A stretch of DNA of 63,543 nucleotides, counting the filler, from Octopus bimaculoides (taxonomy: Eukaryota): NCBI RefSeq assembly GCF_001194135.2. It is 5 parts of 5 records of this genome, joined end to end, with 100 filler letters (N's around TTAATTAATTAA, not from the genome) between each part and the next. Parts side by side here need not be neighbours in the genome. Positions count along the whole stretch, not along the records: positions 7,195 to 25,807 come from NC_068990.1; 4 more parts are not named here. One strand, given 5' to 3'. Each line of letters opens with the position of its first letter. Within the stretch, counting starts at the first letter, position 1. Of this stretch, positions 13,301 through 24,699 are shown piece after piece. Both the position numbers and the translations under genes were made by a program. The notes below the pieces were generated by a model. That model worked only from the letters and a program-made list of their open reading frames with translations, did not search any database and was not told the DNA's origin.

Positions 13301-16300
13301 AATTGAAAGTGCCTCACAAGTATCTGCTCACATCAATGTTAGTCTGAATTTAATTCCCATTTACTTCCCTTGTAACCTTCTGCACTGCATTTTTGTGTAT
13401 CGTTGATGTTCAGTTACTTATTTTTGCCCTCTTATAAATCTTTGAACAGTATTTCTAATTTCATCACTACCATCATCATCATCATCATGATCACCACCAT
13501 CATCATAAAAAATATAGTTTAAATACTAAATAAAATATGACAAGAAAAATATAGGACAGAACTTATGAAAGCTTGGTTGAAATGCTTAAAGAGCTAAAGA
13601 ACTGCCATCACCAACATCATTTTATGCCAGAATGGATTGCAAGTTTTGAGAAGATCCAAGTGTTAGGATGACTGTGTCTTACTCCAGTGTCACATTTTTG
13701 TTATGATTCTTATGGCTGGATGCTCTTCCTAATGCCACCCTCGTTACAGAGTGTACCAGGGGCTTTTCTTACATGTTACTGGCACTAATTTGGTTGCCAT
13801 GTAACTCACAAGACTAAAGTAGTATAGGAGAGATTTGGATCATTTTAAGCAAGGTGTAGAGAGCTTGATGTATGATAGAGATCATTATCATCATCATCAC
13901 CATTTTAACATTTGTATGTATGCAGATGAGCAGACGAGGGAAGAAAAGTGAGAAAATATGTTTATTCCATTTGTTGACAGCTGTTTCATAATCTGTATTA
14001 GTTACATAATATATCATCTGCCTTATATACACACATAAATATAATTTTGCTGTAACATAGTGAAAAGACTACATGTCAGAACATTTCATTGGCAAGTCAA
14101 ACATGAGACACTGCTATAAATTAGCAAGTTGTTCCATTATGTAGTAGTAGAAAATAGATGTGTTTGGCAAGACTTACCCTTTACAAATGACCATATATGA
14201 AGCGTGTTACAAAATGTGGGAATATGTTGAAAAATATAAATTCAAGAAAACATGCAGTAAAATTAAATTAATGACATAAGATGATCATAAAGATTTACCA
14301 AAAATTAGGCTGATGTATAAATATGTAAATCAGCAGACTCACATATAGTGTTTTTAGATGTATATAAATGATTTATTGAAATCTGTTCACTTTTTCAGAG
14401 AAGATATGAATGGAACTCTCCTGATTCTGACGGTAGGTTTTTGCAGTGCAAAAAATTCTGTTTCTCATTATTTTCTATATATTGGTGAATATATTGAAAT
14501 TGATAGAGCATTAGAAAAAAAAAAAAAAAGACTTTGCAATATTTATTCTGGCTTATTAGGTTGTAAGTTCAAACTCCACTGAGGTTAACTATGCCTCTCA
14601 TTCCTCTGGCACTAAATATATTTGTCAAGACAAGAAGGCGCAAACGTACATATATATATATATATATATATGTATACATGCATTCATATATGTATGACGA
14701 GACTTTGTGTTTTCATCCAGAATGGAGACAAACCCCATTCTTCCAAGTGATTGGCTTGAAAAATTGTTAAGATATTAAGATATTTTTATTAACATGAAAC
14801 CAATGGTAGCCTTAATACACAAATAAAGAAAATCTATCCACCAGTGAGCACTCATTGTCGTCATTCAACATTTACGTATGTATGTATATGTATATCATAG
14901 GCTTCTTCCAATTTCTGTCTACCAAATGCACTCACAAAGCTTTGGTCAGTCCAGGTTGATAGAAACCATTTGTTCAAAGTGTCATGTGATGGGACTGAAC
15001 TCAAGACCATATGACTAGGAAGAAAGCTTCTTAACAACACAGCCACACTTGCACTTAAATTTAGCATTCTTCAGCCAGGAATCAAACCTGGCTACCTGGG
15101 TGAATGCCTGAAATCTTAATCATTTTATCAAATTTGTATATTAATTACCCAAACAACAATGGATACTGATATTTTAAGATGTTTATTTATCATTTCAGAA
15201 GACTATGTCCACAGCCCCAGCTCAAAACCTTATGTGGATAACCAATTCATGAGTAAATCTCTCAATGGGTGAGTAAGGGAATCAGTGTATGTTTATTGTT
15301 AAAAGTGAATAGTGAAGAAGGCCCAATATGGTAAGCATCCTTTCATAGTTACAAGACAAACTGCACTATACTAGCCTGGAATTTATGTGCTTGACTAAAG
15401 CCAGTATGGCCACAGTCCAATAACTAGTAAAGAACTAAATGAAGAATACTTATATCATACTTCATTTTAAGTAATATTTCTCAATCTTACAAATAATACG
15501 AGATCTTGTACTTTAAGTAGATTATGTCTGATTTTATTTCTTAATCTATCAATCAATTGTTTTATGATTAACTCCTTTGTTAACATATTTCATAGTGAAA
15601 TATACTGCTTTTTTCAATTAATGTTGAAACTAATGAAGAATTTAGTAAACTAACTGCTGTTTGGAACATATACTAACATGAAATTTTGATGGAAGGCTTC
15701 AATTTAGATCACTTGTTTCTATCATAGATCCAGGGGCTATGTGAAGTGGGTTTGTATCGGAAGAGTTAATGTAAATTTTATATCCTTGATTTCGTTCCAT
15801 AGTTTGAAGTGTGACACAAAAGATAGGTAGATACTGTTGCATGAATATATAGATAGATGTTAAGAAAAATAGAAATGTGAATAATGTAAATTTATTTTGA
15901 ATATATCAGCCTTCAAATTTCTCAAAATTACATGGTTGATAACTCATCAAACCCGAAACCAAACTCTAGCGTCCCTTTACCAGCAAGAAGCCCCTTGGCT
16001 TTATTTTCCAAGAAATCAAAGAAGCATGAGGTAAGTCCTAGTCATTTATGATGTCTGCTGTTGATTTATATAACTGCACTTAATAATACAATACCCAATA
16101 CCTACAACAGTGCTTCTCAAAGTTTTAGAACTATCACTACTTTCCTTTTACAATGCCTCCTTGCTGTGATTCAATGATCCCCGTCTACCATTTTTACACT
16201 TAATATGAGGCCAGAGTAATTTAAGTGAGTAGGAGTCTGACATGAGTGTCTACTTATCACAACACTACCCAACTATAAGTATAAATGTTATCATCATAAA

Positions 16301-18574
16301 GTTCGCTTTTCCATGCTTGTGCTAGGTTGGAGAGATTTTTTACAGCTTGGTGCTCTTCCTGTTTGCCAACTCTCCCCTATTTCTACACAACATAATCCCC
16401 CATGGCATGACAGGTTTTCATGGAAGATGGGACACACTTATATGATGCTTGTTTTACATCTCGTATGCCATGTGACAGAAACAGACACACACAAATTCTT
16501 TTACTTGTTTCAGTTATTTGACTGTGGTCGTGCTGCAACACCACTTTTAGAACAAATTGATCCCAGGACTTATTCTTTCGGTCTCTTTTGCCAAACCGCT
16601 ACGTTATGGCGACATAGATACACCAACATTGGTTGTCAAGCGATGGTGGGGGAACAAACACAGACACATATAAATATATATATACAACAAACTTCTTTCA
16701 GTTTCCATCTACCAAATCCACTCACAAGACTTTGGTTGGCCTGAGGCTACAGTAGAAGACACTTGCCCAAGGTGAACCCGGAACCATGTGGTTGGGAAGT
16801 GAGCTTCTTACCACACAGCCACTCCTGCACCTATGATAGGCTTTTTTCATTTTCTGTCTTAGAAATTCACTTGCAAGGCTTTGGTTAATCTGGAGTTTTG
16901 GTTTTATACATTTACTTATTCACATGTCAAAGTCCATTATTATTGTTGATTGTGGCAAACAAGTAGTTTATATTAAGTTTTTTTTTGAAGTTCTTGTACA
17001 AGACAAGACTCACTAAGCACTGAACCATGATATAAGGATGGAACATATTGCCTTTCAGGTTGTTTGAGCCATGCAAATACTTTCAGAATCTCACTGGATA
17101 TTTTGTTTTAATTATTAGCCCTATCAGGAAGACTCACAACATAGTTTAAACAGAGAACAATTGAAGAAACTAAAGACTACCAGCTATGGTTGGCATGTTG
17201 CTGCTGCTGAATCAGACACAAGTATCCTATCTTCACACACTAACAGTAAGTAATAATGTTTGTCCAAAATTGTGGAGTGATACTGAGACTTTAAAAAATT
17301 GCTGTCAGGTTGATCATCATTAAAAGACTTGTACAAATCATTTTATTAAGCATCATTGTTTTAATTAATCTCATGTTTCAGTCATTAGACTGCAGCCATG
17401 CTGGGGCACTACCTTAAAGAATTTTTAGTTGAATGTACTCCAGGACTTGATTTAAAAAAAAACCTAGTACTTATTCTATTCATCTCTTTGGCTGAACTAC
17501 TAAATTACAAAGATGTAAACACATCAACACTATTTGTCAAGTGGTATAAGTGTCAATCACAGACATATATATACACGAGGGCTTCTTTTAGTCTTCATCT
17601 ACCAAATCCATACACAAAGGCTTGGTCAGCATGAAACTATAGTAGGAAATACTTTCCCCAGGATGCCACATAGTAGGACTGAACCAGGAACTGACTACTT
17701 TCCCATAGTTGCAGCAGTTGTGGAGTCAAGACTTTTCAATTGCCAGATGCCCTTACTCGTTACCAAGATAGTATTTCCCCCATGGTCATTTGTAATGATG
17801 ACTAGAAATGAAGGACACACACATATATATACAAGAGGGGAGGTTGATTTCAGTTTCTGTCTATCCAATTCCCTCACAAGGCTTTGGTAGATGCTATGCA
17901 GTTGGACTGAACCTGAAGCCATGAATATTACCATATGTTCTACCCACACATTATCTTGTAGCTTTGTGATTTCAATGAAGTAATCGTATATTTTTAGAAT
18001 AACATTTTAAGGTAGGTGTGAAAGGCCAGATCTGGTCTGTTTGAATACTAAAGGAATTCACTCCCAACCATGTGGTTGCATTTTCAGCCCTGCTTCAATA
18101 TACTGAAGCAGAGGAGACTCCCATTCCCTATCTTTGTTTTTGCTGATTGTAAACAATAGCCTCACTGTTCATGTGGTGGATAGTGTTTGCTTAGTCCACT
18201 GGTAAAAAGCATGCCTGGCCCTAATATGTTGCACAATCTTTGTAGACAGAGAGTTCATTTGTTCAGTGTTCCTTTTAGTTCTCCACACCCCCATGTCCAG
18301 GCTGAGAGATCAGGGCCGTTTGTAATGCATGCGCAGTGGGACAGGGGTTTTTGCTGTGGAAACCTAAAATGTGTATTCACTCAGTGCAACCAAAGCAGTG
18401 ATTTTAGATTTTATGAAACACAAGCAACTCAATGCAGTCTTTTATACATAGACCACAAGGATATAAATCAGTAGAAGCACATTTTCATACTTTTACCCTT
18501 TTTGTTTTGATGCAATCACAGTAGAAACCTCAAAACACATTAAAAGAAGTTCTGTCTTTATTTCAGGGTTCTAA
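7336..18574 (+). CDS. Gene 1: multi-exon gene for an unidentified acidic, Ser-rich, probably largely disordered protein
   Basis: GT-AG exons with compatible phases and no stops: 7336-7478, 8134-8201, 10035-10078, 11078-11109, 12877-12936, 13267-13337, 14399-14432, 15199-15268, 15910-16030, 17119-17245, 18567-18574 (TAA). Translation: RESCKAFNAQKHKAELERLIMQENQLITPEPSLAGEDEEIDGAIDLLGENPSDLESEG...YKFDDSDEEIE...RRYEWNSPDSDEDY...HTNRF*. With the 2602 exon the CDS is 789 nt (262 aa). AATAAA at about 18688. No family recognised; the terminal exon is the least certain. Confidence 0.8.
8801..9110 (-). mobile_element. SINE family S4 (tRNA head + Deu/Nin-like core) carrying the S3 variant-B tail
   Basis: Core (G)CTTGAGCAAGACACTCTATTTCACATTGCTCCAG is shared with 31447-31735, while the tail is shared with 5938-6293. 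Confidence 0.75.
9140..9385. mobile_element. hAT-type MITE
   Basis: TIRs TAGTGGTTTTCAA / TTGAGAACCATTG; 8-bp TSD TCTTACAT (9132-9139) / GCTTACAT (9386-9393), 7 of 8 matching. Confidence 0.8.
9490..9900 (+). mobile_element. Decayed RTE/RTE-X LINE fragment (post-RT region)
   Basis: One frame reads CVESILVCGAEIWTKKKEL*EYLTGTYTRLL, matching the VESILLYGxExWT...DGxYTRLL motif of RTE-clade LINEs. Confidence 0.65.
10111..10330 (+). mobile_element. SINE family S2
   Basis: Head GGC.GTGAGCTGGCAGAAT.GTTA...TTCTGAGTTCAAAT...AAGTACCAGTTGA.CACTGGGGTCGA. Other copies: 4930-5115(-), 23690-23895(+), 38150-38310(+), 43833-44010(-), 45444-45675(+), 57007-57207(+). Confidence 0.8.
10580..10757. mobile_element. 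piggyBac-like MITE (degraded)
   Basis: Ends CCCTTTTG...AAAAGGG with TTAA at the right end (left flank AAAA). Related internal segments occur at about 12990-13190, 15610-15710 and 18830-18970. Confidence 0.45.
12205..12822 (+). mobile_element. RTE LINE 3' fragment (pseudogenised ORF2 end and tail)
   Basis: WYRHVLFLLSDHPTG...KRLHGRLCAGWLNKEDLQRLGIILEDAECLAQDHQ*W matches the RTE C-terminal WxGHV..GRP..W...DL...AQDR..W pattern. It ends in a (GAGT)n tail. Confidence 0.75.
16495..16832 (-). mobile_element. SINE family S1, full copy (intron of gene 1)
   Basis: Reverse complement of the 1226-1717 head and tail, with a short internal CA/TA tract. A second degraded copy lies at about 17375-17700(-). 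Confidence 0.75.
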
Positions 18575-19141
18575 CTACTCATACCAACCCATTTAAGGAA
18601 ACCAAGTGAGCACCATGTATTTTTGCAAATGCACAAAGAACTACAAGCACAATCACTGCACTCTGCACATGTACAACATGATTTGGAAATAAAAAGTACA
18701 AATAATTCTTTAGCTTTTCAATTACTGTCTAATGCAATGCCTATATATTCACTGTTTTGAATTAATCATATATTATCCCTTAACTTTCTAGAATGATATT
18801 GCAACATAAGTTGGCCAGACAAAGCTGGCTTAAATGCTTATGGGTTAAACTCATTATGGAATCAAATAGTTACAGGTACAATGATCTTTCTAACATATGT
18901 CTGCTGAATTCCACTACTATTGCTTCAATCAATGTTGAAAACTAAGAATTTAACGAAATAACATTAAGCTGATAAAAGTAGTTTCTGCATCAAGCATCAA
19001 AGAGTAATACAAAATTTCAGAAGAAAACTATATAAATGAGAAAGATAGCATCAACTGATACAAGAGTAAAATCATTGTGGTCAACGAAGACAACAAAAAC
19101 TAATGTGCTTAATTACACAATTTATTGATGCAATTTACAGA

Positions 19142-19194
19142 TTATGATACATTCTGTTGCTCTGTAGGAACATTGCGGATGATATCGGAATCAC
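19142..19194 (-). CDS. RPL30: 60S ribosomal protein L30 (eL30), last coding exon
   Basis: (G)DSDIIRNVPTEQQNVS*; acceptor TTTCAG at 19195-19196; AATAAA (tttatt on +) at 19121-19126. Confidence 0.97.
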
Positions 19195-19330
19195 CTGAAA
19201 AGAGAAATGGAAAATAAAATATTAAATTTTAGCAAATTACATTTACAATAGCATAAAGCAAACAAGCATCAGTTTATATAAATTCACAAAGCCATCCACA
19301 TTCACTAGAATAAGACAGGAGTCTATTTAC

Positions 19331-19461
19331 CTGGGTCAGTGATACTCAGTGTACACACTCGGAAATACTTTCCACAAGCTGTTCCAAGATCAATATTGCT
19401 GCCGTTGTAATGGTGAACACCAGTCTTAGCCAACATAGCATAGTATTCAATCTCACTTTTC
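19331..19461 (-). CDS. RPL30: 60S ribosomal protein L30, exon 4 (131 nt)
   Basis: (R)[43 protein letters not shown]; canonical GT-AG boundaries. Confidence 0.98.
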
Positions 19462-20682
19462 CTGCAAGAGATAAAAAATCTTCAGCATCAGATTTACAAC
19501 TAACGCCATAACCAAACTAACAATAAATCACAAAAGTCCACTTTTATGCAGCCAAATTAATGAAAGTAACACTAGTTCAAAGGACTGCAATACCATTATA
19601 AAACCACCTATCAAAGAATTAGCGTGAATGCGCAAAACACGTATGAGGGATTTTTTTTTAAAACAGTAAATAATTTTTTTTTGTTGAATTTTCCACATCT
19701 TACTCTTAAAATATCACTTTACGTTCTTCTAGGGTGTATTATGGTGTCACATCTATTTTAGTAATACTTTTCAGCTGTATCAGTATCTCTCATTTGCTAC
19801 TAATTTACAATGGGAGAAAACCTATTAACCTTTTAATGAGTAGCAAATCTTGCTCGTCATTGCAGAGGACAGGAGCAATTCATGCCAGCTTCTGTACAAC
19901 ACCCCATCGTAGATTCAATAAAACCAAACCAGTGTACTTGATGCAACTAGCGATTTTCTCTTTAAAAGAAATTAAACATCAGGTGAAAAGAAAAAAAATG
20001 GCTTCATCGTTGCTCTTGCCAGGCTCCGAAGCCAGACATAAAAAAACACAAAATTTCAATACTTAGAAACCCAAAGAAACATAAAATACCAGTACATCTT
20101 TTTTCTACATTATCCACAAAGTTATTAACATATACATGTATTAACAATTATAGAAAATTAAATTTGAAAATCAGACACGCAACCTCACATCTGCAAATCC
20201 ACAGCTTTACTGCAGAGGATGGCACTCTTTGGTTATTACTCTGCATTGCATGACGTCTTTATCAAGCTTCCATGTAGGGCTAGTAAACATTAATGATGCC
20301 ACTGGTACTCCGAAGCAAGGAAGAAATTGTGTAAGGATACATCCGAGCCTGTATCCATTTGTTTCAAAACATAATATAATTACTTCCAGTGTAGGTACAA
20401 AACCAGTAATTATGTGGAGAGAGGTATATGACACACTTTAACAATATCTGAGGGATGAAAAGCAAACCTGACCCCTCAGAACAATGCCTCAAGGTACATT
20501 CCCCTATGCCTTAACGATTGCCATCTCAGTGCATTGCTAAGTAATAACATGCACACATGAATAGAAACTTTGCGAATACCTGTTTCAACTCGTACAAATG
20601 CATTAAGTTAGCAGACTCATTCAATCCCATTTTTCTTCTATAAACAAACTGCATTTCTACAGAAACAAAACATTTCACATAC

Positions 20683-20828
20683 CTTAAAGGAGGAGTGTTA
20701 TTGGCAATAATGACCAATTTAGCCTTGCCCTGTCTAATAGTTTTCAGAGCTTGTTTATAACCGAGCACATATTTACCGCTCTTCATCACCAAAGCCAACC
20801 TCGAGTTGATATTCTCAATGGCCTTTTT
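20683..20828 (-). CDS. RPL30: 60S ribosomal protein L30, exon 3 (146 nt)
   Basis: [49 protein letters not shown]; canonical GT-AG boundaries. Confidence 0.98.
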
Positions 20829-20938
20829 CTGAAGTAAAAGAAAATACCATGAAAAAGTGGAACAAAAACCACCTTAAAAATTCTATAATCAAATATTTGA
20901 AGTATAACAGATCCACAGAACTATTCATTTTTTGGTCC

Positions 20939-21300
20939 AGATGGACTATATGTAATCTGAACCTTTCCCCACCGGAATCCCATGTTTTAGGCTATGGAGA
21001 TTCCGATTCTGAAATTTATTTTTCAAAAATCCCAATTTCAAAACTTCGACCCCCCCCCCGCTCCGGTTTTTATAAAGATCCACAGGGTAAACCTAACCCT
21101 AACACTAGTTTTGTGAGATTTGGCTGTTATTTCTAGCATGTAAATAGCCTGCTTGGTGGGGGTGGGGGGATTGGGAATTGAAATTTTTCAAACAATTTTT
21201 TTTCAGAATCGGAATCTCCATAACCTAAAACGTGGGATTCCGTAAAAAAAAAAATTAATAAATAAGGGTGGGAAAGGTTCAGATTACATACAGTCCGTCT
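20939..21300. repeat. Foldback inverted repeat / MITE in RPL30 intron 2
   Basis: Arms of about 100 bp (20939-21040 and 21170-21300) sharing GGACT.TATGTAATCTGAACCTTTCCC and GGAATCCCA.GTTTTAGG.TATGGAGATTCCGATTCTGAAA. Confidence 0.85.
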
Positions 21301-21884
21301 CCGCCTTACTTGAACACATTGCAGACCAACCCACAGATGTTTGCTGCCCTTCTCCATTGCTATTATAATCTCGGTTCCTAAAGTGGCTGGATTCGAGCGC
21401 CTTCCTACTCGTCAATACGGTAATAAGGGGATCAAACGCAACGGTCCCGGAGGGATAGTGACACTTATAGGAAGACGCTAGTAAGTCGGACATTAATGAT
21501 GAAAGCAAGCGAAACCAACCGGGACCGAAGTGTAGACCATTACAGTACCGGGGCCACTCTTCTTGAATAGTACCACGGCCCTTTTCTGGGGGTCGGTGTC
21601 AGGTTTACTCAACAGCAAGGCTCCTAATGTCACAACAATAAGTGTATATGCAAAAAGCACATTTTCGTTTGTCTTTCGTCTTAAAATTTTAACTTTGCTT
21701 TTAACACGACACGAAAATAAGGCGACGCTTGTCGCCTCAATGCCAGAATGGTACTTAAACTAAGACATACCTACCTAACATAGGTGCAACTGCACTCACA
21801 CTTGCTGACTGATAACCTTTTAATCTAGATTACGATTATATCGGAATCAAAAATCAGATCACAATCAAAATGGAAATTATAGTT

Positions 21885-22035
21885 GCGGCAGATGCTAGCC
21901 CACCTGCCCCGACTGGCTCCTGTACCGGTAGCACGTAAAAAGCACCCACTACGCTCTCGGATCGGTTGGCGATCCAACCATAGAAACACTGCCAGTCCCC
22001 AGTCAAACCGCCCGACCCATGCCAGCATGGAAAAC
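21885..22035 (+). mobile_element. SINE/LINE-tail family S5 (RTE-type 3' end, ATG tail)
   Basis: Shares AAAAGCACCCACTAC.CTCTC.GA..GGTTGGCG and GGAAA.C.GA.GTTAAA.GATGATGAT with 49240-49450(+). Antisense copies at about 7585-7740, 11290-11480, 13610-13810 and 16300-16470. Confidence 0.7.
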
Positions 22036-22752
22036 GGATGTTAAACGATGATGATATAGGAATTTGATGAGTCTCGGGAAGTGGCCGCGCACAAATACAT
22101 ACTGGCATATCACATATAACTTGAAACTTGAAATGTTAAAGAAAATAGTAATGCGTGGCAGCATGTATGCACATGCTGCCCCCTCCACATTTCGATATAA
22201 TCGCAGTCCACATCATCCAAAACGTATTAGTAGAAACATTTACTGGAAAAAAATTTCCTTTTTCCGAGTTATTGGAGTTAACAAGCAACCAATTCTTTGC
22301 CAGTTTCCCTCTCCATGAGGCAGTAATAGCTATTCCGCCGATCTCTCTAATTAGTCTCCTCATTAGATGAGTGTAATTATAAGGAAAATATACCAACTTT
22401 GCTAATACACAATTGTAAGGCAAGCAATCTTACATTAATATGAGTTATAGACAAACCGAAAACTAATTTTATAGACAAACCGAAAACTAATTTAATGACA
22501 GAATCGTTGGTTATGAGACCAGCCACGTGGTTGTATAACATGTGCGTAATTTGGGGGGAAAAAAATTTACGAAGAGAATGGCAATAACATTAAATTTGAA
22601 ATTCAATTGTTTAACACCATGTTACAAGAATCAGATATCATAATAAATAGTTAAAATAAGAGCAAGAGAAATATGAATGGAAAATCATTGTAATTAGTTC
22701 TACATTAAAAGGTTAAATATGGCGAGTTTAAGTGAGTTGAAAAAAAACTTAC

Positions 22753-22773
22753 GGATTTCTTTGGAGGGACCAT
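22753..22773 (-). CDS. RPL30: 60S ribosomal protein L30, first coding segment (exon 2 = 22753-22798; MVPPKKS)
   Basis: ACCATAACC ATG GTC CCT CCA AAG AAA TCC|GTAAGT. Coding exon sizes 21+146+131+53 = 351 nt = 116 aa plus stop. Confidence 0.95.
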
Positions 22774-22915
22774 GGTTATGGTTTCACTTCTACTCGATCT
22801 GATGGTGGATAAAAAAAGGAAAGAAAGATCAATTATCGATTAATTATAAAAAATGATACGAAATCGAGGTTAATTAGTGCAAATTAAAGAGAAATGAACG
22901 AGAGAAATTACTTAC

Positions 22916-22976
22916 ACAGGCTCAGTAATGGACGTCACTTCAGAGAAAGGACGATTTGCTGGAATCTCGCGAGATT
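22916..22976 (-). promoter_or_regulatory. RPL30 non-coding exon 1 (22916 to about 22949) with TCT/5'TOP initiator and TCTCGCGAGA palindrome
   Basis: Minus strand TCCTTTCTCTG at about 22950-22941 fits the TCT motif (YC+1TYTYY). Donor CCTGT|GTAAGT at 22916/22915. Perfect palindrome AATCTCGCGAGATT at 22963-22976. Confidence 0.8.
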
Positions 22977-24280
22977 TACGCCTGCCGAAGTCTCGCCGTA
23001 ATCTCGTGTTAAAGTTTGGACTACGAAAAGGACGATATACAGAGACATAAATATAGCTATTTTTTTTATTTACTTTAGGTGTTTACTAATTCCACATTTA
23101 AGATGATTGTCTACCTGAGTAAAAAGGTATTTCAACTATAAATTTAATCTAACACAATTTCACGTTGATTTAATGAGATACAAAGAGGAATGTACTCCGA
23201 TGTTGCTGCTTTAGCTGTGTAAGGTTGGTAACTAATGAAGCCATGCTCCCCGTTGTCATGGAACTTCATTTTGTTACCACTCTGCACTTTGAAAAAGTTT
23301 GTCTCTGTGTATGCTTGTAGTGTAAATTAAGATAATATGGTTTATTAAATTATTATTTATTATTACGATTATACAAATTTTCTCTCTCTTGAAATGTTTT
23401 AAATATATACTGAATGATAATATTGTTATTCTTGAATTTTACTTATTTTTTTTACTAAGTGATATGAAATATCGTGTGTTTTGGCTACTAAAACATCGGT
23501 AGACTCGTTGTTACTACCATTAATATAATTTCTGGGTTCAAATACTGCTGAAATCAACTTTGTCTTTCATCTTTCCTAAGTTGATCAAATAAATATAAGT
23601 TAATTAACTTCTGGGGTAATATAATCATTTGTTCCCTGACCGTCTGCTTATGTTGAAAATCATTAATATTGTTAATTCATGTTTATAGGCAGAATCGTTG
23701 GAGTGTCGAACAAAATGCCTTGTGGTATTTCTTCTAGTTCTTCATATTCCGGGATTAAATACTGCCGAGGTCAACTTTGCTTTTCTCCCCCACCCCCGGG
23801 GGTCGATAAAATAAAGTAGCAGTCTAGCACTGCGAGCGATGGCATCGACTAACCCCTTCCTTGAAAAGTGTTGTCCTTCCTTCTGTCTAAATCAGAAACC
23901 GTTCTTAATGCTACAGTTTTAAATCCTTGTAGCAATAATTCCAAAGAGACTCTAATTAAGAAGTAAAGATTTACAGGAAAAGGACACAGAATTATGTGTG
24001 GGGTTGGGGTGGGAGGAAAGAAGCAAAAAAAAAAAAATTGGACAAAATTTTTCAGTGGTTCACAGCCTCCCGATTCCTTGCCTTTTGGTATCCCTACGCA
24101 GCTGTGCCGATTTGTTTCCTCATAAGGTTCAGAAAGAAGTCTGTATCTTTTATCTCTTACTTGTTTCAGTCATTAGACTGCGGTCATACTGGGGCACCGC
24201 CTTGAAGAATTTTTAGTTGAATGGCACAATGACAGACAGACACACATATACGCATACACCCGCGCGCACACAGAGAGGCA

Positions 24281-24648
24281 TATCTGTGGTGAGAAGCTTG
24301 CTTCTCAGCCAAATGGTTCTAGTTTCAGTCCCTCTGCGTAGCACCTGGGGCAAGTGTCTTCTACTGTAGCCTTGGGCAACCCAAAGCTTGTGAGTAGATT
24401 TGGTAGATAGAAACTAAAAGAAGCCTGTTAGATATGTGTATATGTATATATTTATGTGCGTGTGTTTTTGTGCCTGTGTTTCTCTCCCACCAGTGCTTAA
24501 CAACTGGTGCTGGTGTGTTGATGTCCCTGTAACCTAGCTGTTCGGCAAGAAAAAAAAAGTACTGGGGTCAAAATATTTGACTAAAATTTCAAGGTGGTGC
24601 CCCAGCATGGCCACAGTTAGATGACTGAAACAAGTAAAAGATAAAAGA
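24281..24648 (+). mobile_element. SINE family S1, full copy
   Basis: Same head, TG tract and tail order as 1226-1717. Confidence 0.8.
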
Positions 24649-24699
24649 TTTATATGTGATGGGCTTCTTTCAGTTTTCTTCTACCAAATCCATTTAGAA

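Noticed and set aside
20526-20798. 90-aa ORF starting MALVMKSGK
   Set aside because: It is RPL30 exon 3 read through into intron 3; the real start is at 22773.
21496-21515. ATGATGA...GAAAC on the plus strand (C box or hammerhead-like)
   Set aside because: It is antisense to RPL30, has no D box nearby, has a mutated core C, and has no cleavage triplet.
22447-22493. Short two-copy tandem duplications (also 36655-36682, 38103-38138)
   Set aside because: These are ordinary slippage duplications with no spacer structure, so they are not CRISPR-like.
23190-23220. Possible head-to-head gene from the RPL30 promoter (ATG...GT|GTAAGG), and exon-like 24056-24126
   Set aside because: No consistent exon chain or recognisable peptide.
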